From the NCBI RefSeq assembly GCF_009914755.1, contig NC_060931.1: DNA of 64,000 nucleotides. One strand, given 5' to 3'. This document shows, in pieces, positions 43,941-56,274 of this stretch. Numbering within the stretch: the first letter of the stretch is position 1; every line of letters starts with the position of its first letter. The DNA comes from the human T2T-CHM13v2.0 reference genome, Homo sapiens. Under the pieces are notes generated by a model, which was not told the DNA's origin, did not search any database, and worked only from the letters and a program-made list of their open reading frames with translations. Position numbers and translations under genes: made by a program.

Positions 43941-46900
43941 TGTCTGGGATTGACTTTGTGCCTCCAATTTGTGTAGTCCTCTCTAGGCAGTTCCTTCCAA
44001 ATTTTGGATTGACTCTCCACTTTCTGACTACAAATTGCTTATCTTTCTAGTGGCTATTTTTTTAACATGATAGAAGCATCTTATTATAAGCCCAATGTTT
44101 GGATGAGTTGAATACTTGCTAAGAAAAATGGTTGTCTACCTTAAACAATTATGCAGTTGATAATGGATTATAATCTTGTGGGTCTGAAAGACTCTGTGGG
44201 AGGAGCTGTTTTTTAATACCTTGAGCCACTTGACTAAGGCCTGTAGCTACTTTTGGGTTGCTACATGTGCTAAACATCCCTTAATAAATGTATACAACCA
44301 TATTAATTTCAAACAAAACCATGCTGACATTAAAAGAGTTTAACTAAATTTCTTCACTAAAAATAAAGTCTTATTTTAACCCATTTTAATTAAACTGTAA
44401 TGTGCATTGTTGACTCAAAACCCATTCACAAGTGGAACTCGCTTCCTGAGATAAGTCCTTTTAGAGTAGAATACCTCATAATACTGAGCTGCACATCAGT
44501 TATAATCAGTTAGAGAGCTGTAAAAATACTGATGTAGAGATTTTGATGTAATTGTTCCTAGGTATGACATGGGCAACAGGCTACACCCCAGACCAATCAA
44601 ATCAGAGGCAGAGAAACCTATGTTGTAAAGGAGTGGTTTTCAGCCTCATCGCATTAGAAATGCCTGTGCTTTTTAACATATCCCCAGGCAATTTTAACAA
44701 ACAACCAAGGTTGAGAACCACTGATTTAGAGCCCCTAAAAATTTCTTCTTTAATTTCTGTCACTCTCTATATTTGGGAAATGCTTTGTAATTATTTTGCC
44801 AGTTCTTCCATCCTCTGGAGCTTGAGATTAACGTGATTTCCCATTTTACAGAGAAGAACTGTAGGCATGGAGATACGGTACTTCGTGTCCATGCCAGAGT
44901 CGGGACCACAGCCTTGCTTAGCAGTTGTTAGCTAAACTGTCACCCAAATCTGATTAACAACAAAAATGTTCCTCTTACACTTTTCAAGCCAGCTAAATGA
45001 GAAGGGCACAAGGAATCTGTGTCTCTCAACACAAAAGGCTGCAATTGCCAAACCAATGGAATGAATGTAGATATGTCATTGAAAATAAATGGAAAAGGCC
45101 GAGGTGTCGGTCCACCCCCATCCCCCAACCGCACAGTTGCGCAATATTCCAGCATGTTTTTTATGCATTCCCGATGGTGACTTAATATTTTCTATGAGAT
45201 GGAATGTGAATATTCTCATGCTAGAGCTCACTATCATGGACTCTTTGTGCCTTAATAGTAAATGAAAAATAAAATGCAAATCCTCCAGCTGTTTGTTTTT
45301 CTGCCTTGGCACAAATGAAAATAAAAATTTCCCTACCCAAGATCTCTTGGGAATCTGTCGTGTTTCAGGTTTGCTTTTGTCAGACCATTAAGCCGGAGTT
45401 TTCCTTGTCATAATTTCATCTGATTCTTTTTAATTAGAACTCTATGCGTGGTAATTCCTCTCTCGCTTCAGTATTTACAAGTTTCAAATATTTGTTGACT
45501 GTTATCAGACAGTTCCTCCTCAGCCTACCTTACATGTTTAGTTTCTCTAATCACCTTTCTATGGTTAGACTTTCCGTGCCCTTCATCGTTTTTCATTCTT
45601 AGTAGTTGTCATTTTCCTAAGCTGACTTTCATATTGTGGCTTCATTTCTGTCATTCTTCTTTTATTGACGATACCTTCCAAACTCATTGCCATTGGTTGA
45701 TTTCATGATCATGCTGTTGACTAAGAAAATTAATTTACCATTGGTATTGTATTTTGTTCATGAGCTTCCCACCCCCTGCCTGACTCTAAATATATTTTGG
45801 CCTTATCTCATTAACATTACTTGTACTTCTGTTGAGCCTTTCTCTCTTTTAAAAATAATGTCCAAATATATTTCCATGTTGTGCTCAATGTCTCAACTAA
45901 TGTTTTGTAGGAACAAAAGCACCAACTGATAATTGTATGATGATCCAGTTTTGTTCATTTTCAGTCTTAAATGTACTCTGCTTATATTTACAAACTCGTT
46001 GAAACTTATCATAATGAAGAAAGAATTGTGTGGAAAGCCGCTGTGCTTAGCGTGTTCACCTGATTATTCTTAGCTGTCTTCTGAAATCTACGTTATTACT
46101 AGGAATGGAGATGCTGCTTGTTCTTTTATTTTCTAAGGAATACCATCTAGACCTCTCTGTCTCCTTCTGTTTATCGTGCAAGCTTCAGACTGACCCCAGT
46201 GGGGTTCCCCGTGTTCCTTGGTTTTGAGCATATTTGAAATTGCTGATAACACAAGAGTTACCCCTTTTTTAAAACACATCTACTCTGGTTTTCCCTTTCC
46301 TGTCATTGAGTGTCCTCCCTTGGCTCCCCAATCATGGTTACTTTTGACTCTCCTCACATAGCCTTGTCTTCCTATTAATTCATAGAGTCTTTGTCATTCT
46401 TATTCCTTAGTCTAGGAGACATATAGCACATATTTGACTTTGAAGTCTGACGAACTTAAGGACAAATCAGGCAAGTTAGGGTATAACCAGGGGGAAACTA
46501 TTTGGCCTGTCCGAGCTAAATAGGTCTTCTCACCTGTTAAATACAAATAATGATGCATACTCATTGGGTTGCTCTAACTATTAAATGATCTGATGAACTT
46601 GAAGTTCTTAGCAGTGTGTGATACACAGTGGGGCTCACTATGGGGTTTCTGGGCTTCCTACCATGAATCTTATCCCTGGAGCTCTCATTCATTGTACTGG
46701 GTCTTCCCCTTCCTCCTGCCCCTTCAGGCTTCTCTTTTATCTCAAGTTGTGTGGTTGCTTTCAAAACTGTTAATATGTGTGTTCCTAAATCATTTCCAGT
46801 AAATCATGGCTCTCACTCACCAGAGCTCCCAAAATGTTTCTGAGGTCATGGAAGTGTGTCTGAGAATGGGCCTGCACTGGAGGGCCTACAGGTGCTCATC

Positions 46901-49865
46901 TGAGAAGCCAGGGTTGAATTTGAAAAAGGCACCTTTTGTTCTTCAAAACTACAAAAACAAGGCTCAGCTATTGTTGAAAAACATGCCAAACCCAACCACA
47001 ATTCCCTCTGTCAATCAGCTGGTCGTTAGTAGAGTTCATTGTCCTGTGCTGATTAGAAAGCAGTACCCCACCCCCCTCCGTAAGGAGGTGATTATCAACT
47101 GTGGAGCTACAGAAGGCTAGTGCTGTGGGCATTTCAATGTAATTATGGAGTTCTAAGTACTTGCCCATAAAAAATTATGTGGCTGTTTCTTTGGAAATGC
47201 CAACATTTGTACCCATAAGGGAAATATTTTATTAAAATATGATAATATCATGGATGCTTAAGTGTGGTGGCTGGAAGCTGCCAGCTGAATGATTTTATCT
47301 TCAAGCAAAACTATAAAATGGAAACAACAAGATATGAAAGAATCTCTGGGAAAGAGGAGAGACAGAAGGAGTTAGAAAGCAAGAGAAGGCTCTAAAATGG
47401 CATGCTGAAATTGCAAAGCCAGACAGAGAAGATGGTGGAAATGCAGAATCACCAGAGCCTGAGCCGACACCCAGCACAGCAGAGAGGAGGAGCGGCTGCT
47501 GCAGCAGAGTGACTTGAACAAGACATCTGAGTGGATTGATTTGGTTGCCACACAGAACCACGAGTTCCAATGAGGAGCAGTGGAAGATTGTACCTGAAGG
47601 CGCTGATTGTGCTATTCAATCTGGCCTCTTATCTAGAAAAACCCTTAGATACTTGGGTGCTTTAAAACCTGGGATAAGCCCAGGAACCAGTGTGAAATCA
47701 TGACTTAATGAACTCCTCACCAGAGAAAGAGTGTGTCTTTCCATTCTTCACCCTTGAAACTAAGTTTAGATCTACAAAATGCAGTGGGTGAGGGAGACAG
47801 ATCCTGACAGGGAAATCCAAAAGAAGATGGAGGGCTGGCTGAAGTGACATGGAAGGACTCTCCATTACTTGGTGGGATTGATTTTAGAAAAATGTTCTAA
47901 ATATAAACTGGATGTGCTTTTTTTCAAACAGCTTCCTTATTAATCAATAGTGCATAAAGACTTTTTCCAGACAGCCCAGGAAAATGTAGCAAAGGGGCGA
48001 GATGTGCGAATTGTATGTGTGTAACAGCCCCAAAGGATACTACGGTAATGATAATAGACTCAACATTCAGATTACATTTCAGACTTTCAAGAACCTTTGT
48101 AACCACTCATTCTTAATCTCTTATCCCTGCCTCAAGCCGTAGTTGACAGACCAGCCTTTATATTCTCAGTTTTACAAGGCATGAGCATGAAATGCAAAAG
48201 TTTGGCAGTTTCCCAAGGTCAAAATCAGTCAATGACAAAAATCCAGACCACATCTGTCTGTTCTCAGAGTGCAGACCAGAGTGTCTGGAAAAACAACATA
48301 ATCACCTATTACGAGTTACGAGTGACAGAGTTACAAGCACACCAAACCAGCGTGCCTTTGTTTCCCCACGGAGGCAATGCTGTTGTTCAGCTATCTCCCA
48401 AAGCTACAGCAGCAAGGCGAATGCAATGCTGTGTGCCTAATATAAATGGTATTTAATAATACACTTTAAAAGGAGGAGTGGAGAAAAGTGAGCTTAACAT
48501 TATTTGACTCTCTTTCAGAAGCTGAGATGTAAAAGCTGCACCTCTTACCCCCAAAGGACCTATTTTGGACCCAAATTTGGTAGTCATGCATTCAGGGAGA
48601 GGTTCTCTTATTATCTTAAATTCAATACTGTGATTTATATTAAATATTGTAAATTATACAATAAAAGATTTCCTTCATATGGGTACAGAGATAGATCAGG
48701 TATAGGTCTCTAAGGCACAGTGTTCCTTATTAATAGCAGTTAATTCTGTGTACTAACATCTTTGAGCTCTGGTCGTTGAATCCTAGGTGGATTTGACTAG
48801 AGTTCTTAACCAACATTTTAATCCAATTTTTATGAAAGGAAGAGTAATGAGGACTTTTCTCTAAGACTGATGAAAAACCTAAGTGTCTTTATAGAAGCCA
48901 AGAATATCTGATCAGATTCTTCAAGGAAGCAAAAATCCTGTAAATGTCAGAAAGATGATGCTGGAAAACCCCTTTGGTCAAATTCATCTAAAGAAGGTAC
49001 TATTTGTAGGTGACTTTTCAGCAAGTCTGTCAAAAGCTTCTTGCTACAGATAAAAATTCAATAACCTTTCACTGTGGATGTGCCACAATTATCACTAATT
49101 TAAAAACAGTCCCTCTAATAGAGTATTTTATCATGCCGGACAGTCTCTGCATTGTTCATTATTTAGTGTTTGCTAAGCTGATGGCACTTCCACCAACTTT
49201 TCTTATCTCTACTTCTTCAGAATTGGATTTTATATTTCCAAACCAGCCAGATATGACAAGTCATTTTCTTCTCTCTTGTCTTTTAAGAAACGCAAACTTG
49301 ATTTTTTTTTAACAATCACCACTTAAAAGATTAAAGTTATTGGCAATGTCTGTATTAACTAGCATTGGGATGTGCAGTAAGGCCTATTGCATTTTAATTG
49401 CAACTGGGGTCTTCCCTTCTTCTTTTTTATTCTTTCTCTTTTCCAATACATGTGTATGTATTCTCTATCTCTTTGGAACTCCCCATTCTGCTAAAACACA
49501 CAGTGTATGGCAAAGATGAGGTATTATGAAGCCTGATGTAGTTAGAAGACAAGGCAAGGAGAGTATTATCAGAACTATTATATTATAGAACCTCCAAAAG
49601 GTGGTGATAAATGGTATAAGTAGATCTTTCAGTAAATATAGACTGTCTTTATATGAGAAACTTCCTGAAAGGAAAATGATAAAGTCATTATCCTGACACC
49701 CGAGGGATACATGCCACTTCAAACAACATCTCTTTCTATCCATAGCTCATTATTGAAATTTTTAACTATTTTAAGCCTGAAAAAATTCTACTAGCTGTGA
49801 TTCTGAAAGATTTTAAAAGATCTGTATACTTTACCCAAGCTTTGGACCACGATAAGACAGCCACA

Positions 49866-49945
49866 CATCTTCTGTCATTGGGAACTCTCTCCTTAGGCCT
49901 CAGGGCATCTTCTGTCATTGGGAACTCTCTCCTTAGGCCTCAGGG
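49866..49945. repeat. Perfect tandem duplication, 40 bp x2
   Basis: catcttctgtcattgggaactctctccttaggcctcaggg occurs twice. Confidence 0.97.
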
Positions 49946-51298
49946 TCTGCTCCTCTGTCCAAGAGAGTCTCTCCCAATTTTCAGGGAAGTATAGAACTTC
50001 GTTCAAGAAGTTTGATGATAAGATTTTGACCTTTTAGGGGTACAGTCTTTCAATAGTGATATCAGAATGCTGAAAAAGATTGTGTTAGAAAATCTCACCA
50101 AAATATTCATTTTAAGATTTGTGGATTATTGTTGTAAGCATCAAACAGAAATAGCATTGTAGTCAGTCTTCATACATTAATAATAAGGGCTGCCCTTTAG
50201 GATTGGCTTTACAAAGAAAAATATTTGCTCAAACTTTACCCAGAGACAGGAGATGCCTGTCACGTCTGCTTCTAAAAGAGGGAGTGTGACTAAAAATCCA
50301 CCATCTTATTACTTGTTTAATGGTACCACAAGTCCAATTAACGCATTTGTTCAAGCCAACAGCCTTTTAGCTTTTCACAGAAATCTTGGAAGTGTGCTAG
50401 AGAAACACCCCCACAAAAAGGTTTTGCATATGCTGCTGTATCTGCCTCTCTCCAGGAAGCGGAGCATGGGTCACTGACAGGCAGATGGCTGCCACAAGCG
50501 CCACCAGCGGCCAGAAACTCCTCCCACCAGCTCCCATTCCTGCAAAACAAATGAGGAGGGGTGCTTTTCTTGAATGCTGTGCCTGGACTTTCTCTCCCTT
50601 GACCCAGCCCTACCCATGGAATACCAAGGCAACCTCAACATCTGTTACACTCCTGCCTTAATTCTATTCCTCAGCACCAGCATAACTCAATAGAGGAGTA
50701 TGGGCTTGTCCTTGGACAAGGTACTTGACATTGCTGATGATGTCGTCTGTATTATAAATCCCTCATAGGTTATTTGGAGGCTAAGGTCAACTAACGTATA
50801 CACAACACCTGGTACAATGCCTGCAAACAGTGATCACGTGATAAATAGTAGTTTCTTCTGCTCCTTCTTTTTTAAGCTCTTTTCCTCATTCTTAGTCTTC
50901 CTGAGACTATTTTATTTCTTGCTTTCTCATTTAGCTACCAATATTTGCCCATAGTGGTACTCAACATGAAATGCCCAAATCTGCCCTCTGTTTATTTCCC
51001 CCTACTCCTGTCCTTCCTGTTGATAGCTGGGTCATTCTGCCCATTCTGCCTGATACTTTAACTTCATCTCAAAAGATCTTTGCTGTATTGCATTTGAAAT
51101 TAGATTTTGAGCTCTTAAATTTAACAGCCTTCCAAAATCCACATGGCTTGGGAACACAGGCATAGGGTAAGGTCGTATTTATTCAGGGCCACAATGAGTG
51201 AAACTTAAGGTTAACCTCCAGATCTCATTAAATGACTTCCTCTGTGAACTTGTATGTCAGCATATCGAGAAATATGGCAATGAAGAAGCTGCTGAATT

Positions 51299-51600
51299 GG
51301 CCAGGTGCAGTGGCTCACGCCTGAATCCTACCACTCTGGGGGGCCAAGGCAGGTGGATCACCTGATGTCAGGAGTTACTAGCCTGGCCAACATGGTGAAA
51401 CCCCATCTCTACTAAAAATACAAAAATTAGCCAAGCGTGGTGGCAGGCACCTGTAATCTCAACTACTCAGGAGGCTGAGGCAGGAGAATTGCTGGAACCC
51501 AGGAGGTGGAGGTTGCAGTGAGCCAAGATTGTGCCATTGCACTCCAGCCCGAGCTGACAACAGTGAGACTGTGTCTCAGAAAAAAAAAAAGAAAAAAAAA
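51299..51600 (+). mobile_element. Alu (AluS)
   Basis: TSD aagaagctg(c/t)tgaatt. Confidence 0.93.
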
Positions 51601-51929
51601 GAAGCTGTTGAATTGTGGCTTCAGTAAAAACTATAACAAAAATGGCAGACCAGCTAATTTCAGAGCCCACAGTAGCTCTGGGACTCAGACCTTTTAACAT
51701 CAAGGGAATGATTCTGTCTGTATTGAAGTGGGCTTTGGAATAGCTGTAGTTAAGATCTACCCAAGCTTCAGCTGGGCATCCTCCACAGGGGTGACAATGA
51801 TCTGGTTAGCTGCTTACCCCTTCTCTGCTGCCTAATAACACACTTACAGGAATTCTGGGAGTCTCAGTTCTGCTAGGATCTTAGGAGTGTTAGCTAGGAA
51901 TGGAAATTTGTGTTCTTTTTTGTTATCAT

Positions 51930-52445
51930 TTCAGCCATTTTTAAATGTCCAGTTTGGTGGCATTCAGTACATTCACATTATTGAGTAGCCATCACCATCA
52001 TCCATCTGCAGAACTTTTTTCATCTTCTCAAACTAAAACTCCATATTCCTTAAACAATAATCCCTCATTTCTCCTTCCCTCCAGCCCTTGGCAACCTCCA
52101 TTCTACTTCCTATCTCTATGAATTTGACTACTCTAGGTGGCCCATATAAGTGGAATCATGTAGTATTTGTTGTTTTGTGACTGACTTGTTTTGTTTAGCA
52201 TGATGTCTTCAAGGTCCATCCGTGTTGAAGCATGTGTTAGCACTCCCTTCTTTTTTGAAAGCTGCATGATATTCTATTGAATGGCTGTACCACACTTTAT
52301 TTCTCCATTCATCCATCAGTGGATGCTTAGGGTGCTTCCATCTTTTGCCTATTGTGAGTGATGCTGCTGTAACATGGGTGGACAAATATCTGTTCAAGTC
52401 CTGGTTTTCAGATCATTTGGGTATATACCCAGAAGTGAAATTGTG
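51930..52445 (-). mobile_element. L1MB-type 3' fragment
   Basis: gtggcattcagtacattcaca...gggtatatacccagaagtg; minus ORF 52209-52397 resembles the ORF2 C-terminus. Confidence 0.8.
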
Positions 52446-52585
52446 GAAATTAGTCATTTGAGATTAGATGTACTGCACGTCTTTCTACTTCTTCTCAACT
52501 CTCTGATTGCTTATATAAGTGACGTCTTCTGAAGGAAAGTTCAGCATTTTTTCTCAGATATGATAATAATATATGCTAAGATCTT

Positions 52586-53093
52586 GGCCAGGCACGGTGG
52601 CTCACACCTGTAATCCCAGCACTTTGGGAAGCCAAGGTGGGCGGATCACTTGAGGTCAAGAGTTTGCTGCCTTCAAATCAATCATTACTTCTTAGCACCT
52701 CTTGAAATAGAAAATAAAAAATTTGGCCAGGCGGTGGCCAGGCGCAGTGGCTCATGCCTGTAATCTCAGCACTTTGGGAGGCTGAGGTGGGAAGATCTCT
52801 TGAGCCCAGGAGTTTGAGACCAGACTGGGCAACACAGGGAGACCTCATCTCTACAAAAAAGAAAAAAAAAATTAATTAGCCAGGTGTGGCCCCATTTGTA
52901 CAAAAAAAAATTTTTTTTTAATTAGCTGGGCATGGTCATGTACACATGTGGTCCCAGCTACTAGGGAGGCTAAGGTGGGAGGAACGCTTGAGCCTGGGAT
53001 GTCAAGGCTGCGGTGAGGTGTGATTGCACCACTGCACTCCAGCCCAGCAACAGAGAAAGACCCTGTCTCAAAAAGGAAAAGAAAAGAAAAAAA
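52586..53093 (+). mobile_element. Alu cluster: 3'-truncated left arm (52586-52665) plus AluJ with duplicated start and linker (52726-53093)
   Basis: Alu consensus segments read directly. Confidence 0.88.
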
Positions 53094-53182
53094 TGTAAAA
53101 GCCCTAGATAGTACCCTCCTTTCACTCCTAGAGAATTCAAAATTTACAATGGAAATTTAAGCTTACTGTCTTGTTCTCTAGA

Positions 53183-54018
53183 TCAGCTGTTTACAATGTT
53201 GGCTATATGCCCCCCAATAATTGTGTAAAACAATACATTGAAGCATGGGAAGGAAACATGAGACCATTTATGTATGCTTTTTAAAAGTAAAACAATCAGA
53301 AACATTGCAAGTTTTACTAATATTTAACATAAGAGATGACATGATAGCCCTCATTTGAGCCATATGTGAAGTACTATATGGGAGGAATCCTGCAGGAACC
53401 CCAAGGATTCCTCAGCAGAGAGAGGCTCAATCTTCTGCCATTTTTAAAAATTTTCAACATTTTGTAATATGTTCCAGGTGAAGTAGATTTATGGATTACA
53501 TTTTCTAGTTTTTACTAAACTTACCTTCCCCAAATGGATAAGTGACTTAAAAGGGAAACTGTGGATTGACACTATAAGCAAAAATGAACATGAGAAAATG
53601 GCAGAACTGGCATTGTCATTGTTCCTGGTGGGGATCTTCATCAGTCACATTATAATTATCTAAGCAGTAATAATCTATCAGATGACTGGAAACTGGCAAA
53701 AGAACTTGTCAAGGATATTATTTGGAATACGGATTTACATCTACAATTATTAACATGAACCTTGCTCTAAGTGTATGTGTGCCTTGAAATATTAGCTAAT
53801 ACATGTTGAAGCTGTAATCATTAGGAAGACATTTAAGAATATCACTTGTTTCATCTTTAGCTTACTTTTTATTGATTTCTTTTCTGGTTATATTTTTAAA
53901 CTTATATAATGTATTAGTACCAGTATATATAAATAACTAAATGTACATTTACTATTAATCTGGACACAAATATTTTTCGCTGTTGGAATATATAATCAAA
54001 GAGGTTTGGAAATTGTTG
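53183..54018. mobile_element. Old hAT-Charlie-like DNA transposon relic (approximate)
   Basis: Degraded cag..ttt.caa and tttggaaa.. termini and Charlie-like internal sequence. Confidence 0.45.
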
Positions 54019-55524
54019 TGTTACTGGATCCTTGGGGTGTCCCTTCACCAGCAGGAAGCCTCTGTGGCCACTGGTGCCTTTGCCCGAGTTTTGCTCAGGA
54101 CCACTGGGCTCACTTGACCTGGCAGGCTGTGCTTGGCTTGGCTTGGCTTGTGCTACCGGCCTGGATCCCATGCCTGTCAAGGGCAAGTGGAGCAGCAAGA
54201 GGGGTGTGAGCAAGTGAGCATGGGCTCCAGCCACTGCTCACAGCCAGATACACTGGCTGCAGTGGGATGGACAACTCCAGGGACCAGCATAGGCACCAGC
54301 TGTCTGTGAGGCTGCAGCTAAACCAGGCATACCACAAGCAGCTTCCACACCTGGCACCAGGGAACACGGTGGTACACGGAAGTTTGGAGACACCAGGAAC
54401 TGCGGAGCCCCAAAGGGGATGTCACAGCCCTGGCTCGGGGAGCTCCTACATCTGGGCTTCCCAAGGGGCCGCAGCTCTTCTCTCCTCTCTTCTGTCCTTG
54501 TTGCTTGCAACTTGGTGAGCAAGGGGAGTGTCTCAGCCCTGTTTATGTTATACCTCTTTTAGCCCTGCCATTCGGCAGGTCCTGATTTCTTGTCCTGCAT
54601 CCAGGAAGAATGAGTTACATGTTCAAGTGTTGTGTGAGCAGAGTGAAGAGGAGCTTTATTGAGCAACAAAACAGCTCAGTGGAGACCTGCAGTGGGTAAC
54701 TCCTTTCTGTAGCAAAGGCATCCCAATGAGTATTCAGCTCTCAGCATAGAGGAGACCCTGTGGTGGGTAGCTCCTCTCTGCAGCTGGTTGTCCCGTCAAG
54801 TGTTCAGCTCTCAGCAGAGAGGAGACCCTGGAGTGGGTAGCTCCTCTCTGCAGGCAGGTCATCCTGTCGAGTGCTTAAGTCTGGCTGAGTCTGGGGCTTT
54901 TCTGGGCTTCAGAGGGGAGGAAGTGTGTGTTGATTGGTCCATGGGTGAGCCTGGAAAAAGTAACATAAGTTCCCACTCTGGTCCATGGGACTGGCAGCCT
55001 GGCCCCCAGGCTTCAGACCTTTCTTTACTTAAAGGTGGGGCTTCACCGGGGACCTGGCCCTGTCTGCCCTGGAGCTTGTCTGCCTCCTGCTGCTGTTCAT
55101 GGTGCCCAGGCTGTTTGTGCCAAGGGGCACCTACAGGCCTGCACCATGCTGCCCTCAGCACCCCATCTGCCTCCCTCCTGACAAGCCAGCACCCAAAGGC
55201 CAGAAGGGGCTGGCGTGTCAGCACTTCCCTGAGTGCGTGCATACGTGACCAGGTTGCAACAGTGCCCAGGCTTAGCCTCAACTTTGCTCTGAGATCAGAG
55301 TGGGCACTGGGAGCAGGGAGAAGCCAGGCAGTGAGAGTAGGCACTTCTGAGCCTTCAGGGGCAGTTGGGGGGCTTCCCAGGCCCCTGAGAGTCCAGAGAT
55401 GCCCAGGTCCACAGCTCCAGTTTGGGTGGCAGCAGCTGCACCTGGGAGGGCAGGGCTCCTGCCTGCTCCTGGCCCCCAAGAGCACAGGGAGGCCTGGGTC
55501 CGCAGCTGCAACTGGGGGCCATCA
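54019..55524 (-). mobile_element. MER52 (ERV1) solo LTR
   Basis: Reverse complement starts TGATGGC and ends CCCCAAGGATCCAGTAACA. GC-rich, internal ~70-bp repeats (cagctctcagca.agaggagaccctg). 4-bp TSD gttg/attg. Confidence 0.85.
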
Positions 55525-55871
55525 ATTGCTTTAGACACTATTGTCTCCAAATGAAGTTGTAATGGGACCACAGGGACAGTAGTACCATTGCTTTTTATGT
55601 TCTTTTTTTTTTCTTTGTTTTGTTTTTAGATGAACACTGTGAATTGTAGCTGATAATATGACATAATTAGGAGTTTAGCAGTCTCCAGATTCTTTCCATA
55701 AAACTTAAAGTAAGTGTTAAAAGATAGAGGCGGCTCAAATAGGATGGGATTTTCTGACAGACAAGCAGACTAACAACAGTTCTTCCTCCCTGGAAGCTCT
55801 TTTGTCTGTTTTAATCATTGCAAAGTGAAGCATATAATGGCCAATGCTGGAGTGTACAGAAACTTGGCCTT

Positions 55872-56274
55872 TCAGTTATCTGTACCTAGTATTAGAACAA
55901 ACCAGCCCAGATACTTCTCGCAATTCAGTGAGTTGACTGAGCAGCTTTTCTAGCCAGAGCTCCTCAAGTAGCTGTGCTCAGCTGGCAGCTCAGTGGGGGC
56001 TGCATCATGTGGGGGAACTGGGGGCCTCTCTCCATGTGGTCCTTTCATCTGGGCTGCTTCAGTGCACACAGGTCTCAGGGCAGCTCCAAGAAGGCAAAGA
56101 CTGAAGCTAGAATAGCTAAGGCCCAGATTCTGAAACTCACATAACAGAACTTCAGCCATATCCTATCAGTCAGTGTAAGCTATAAAGCCAATCAAGATTT
56201 AAGAGGTGAGGAAAAGACTCTATTTCTTAATGGGGAAAAGCTGCAAAGAATTGTGATCATACTTATTCCACCAC
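55872..56274 (-). mobile_element. Old MLT1 LTR
   Basis: ggcctctctccatgtgg, agaacttcagccatatcctatcagtca, ccaccaca terminus. Confidence 0.6.

Noticed and set aside
54788-55534. Longest ORFs (248 aa on +, 208 aa on -)
   Set aside because: They lie almost wholly in the GC-rich MER52 LTR, are open on both strands and have no recognisable domain.
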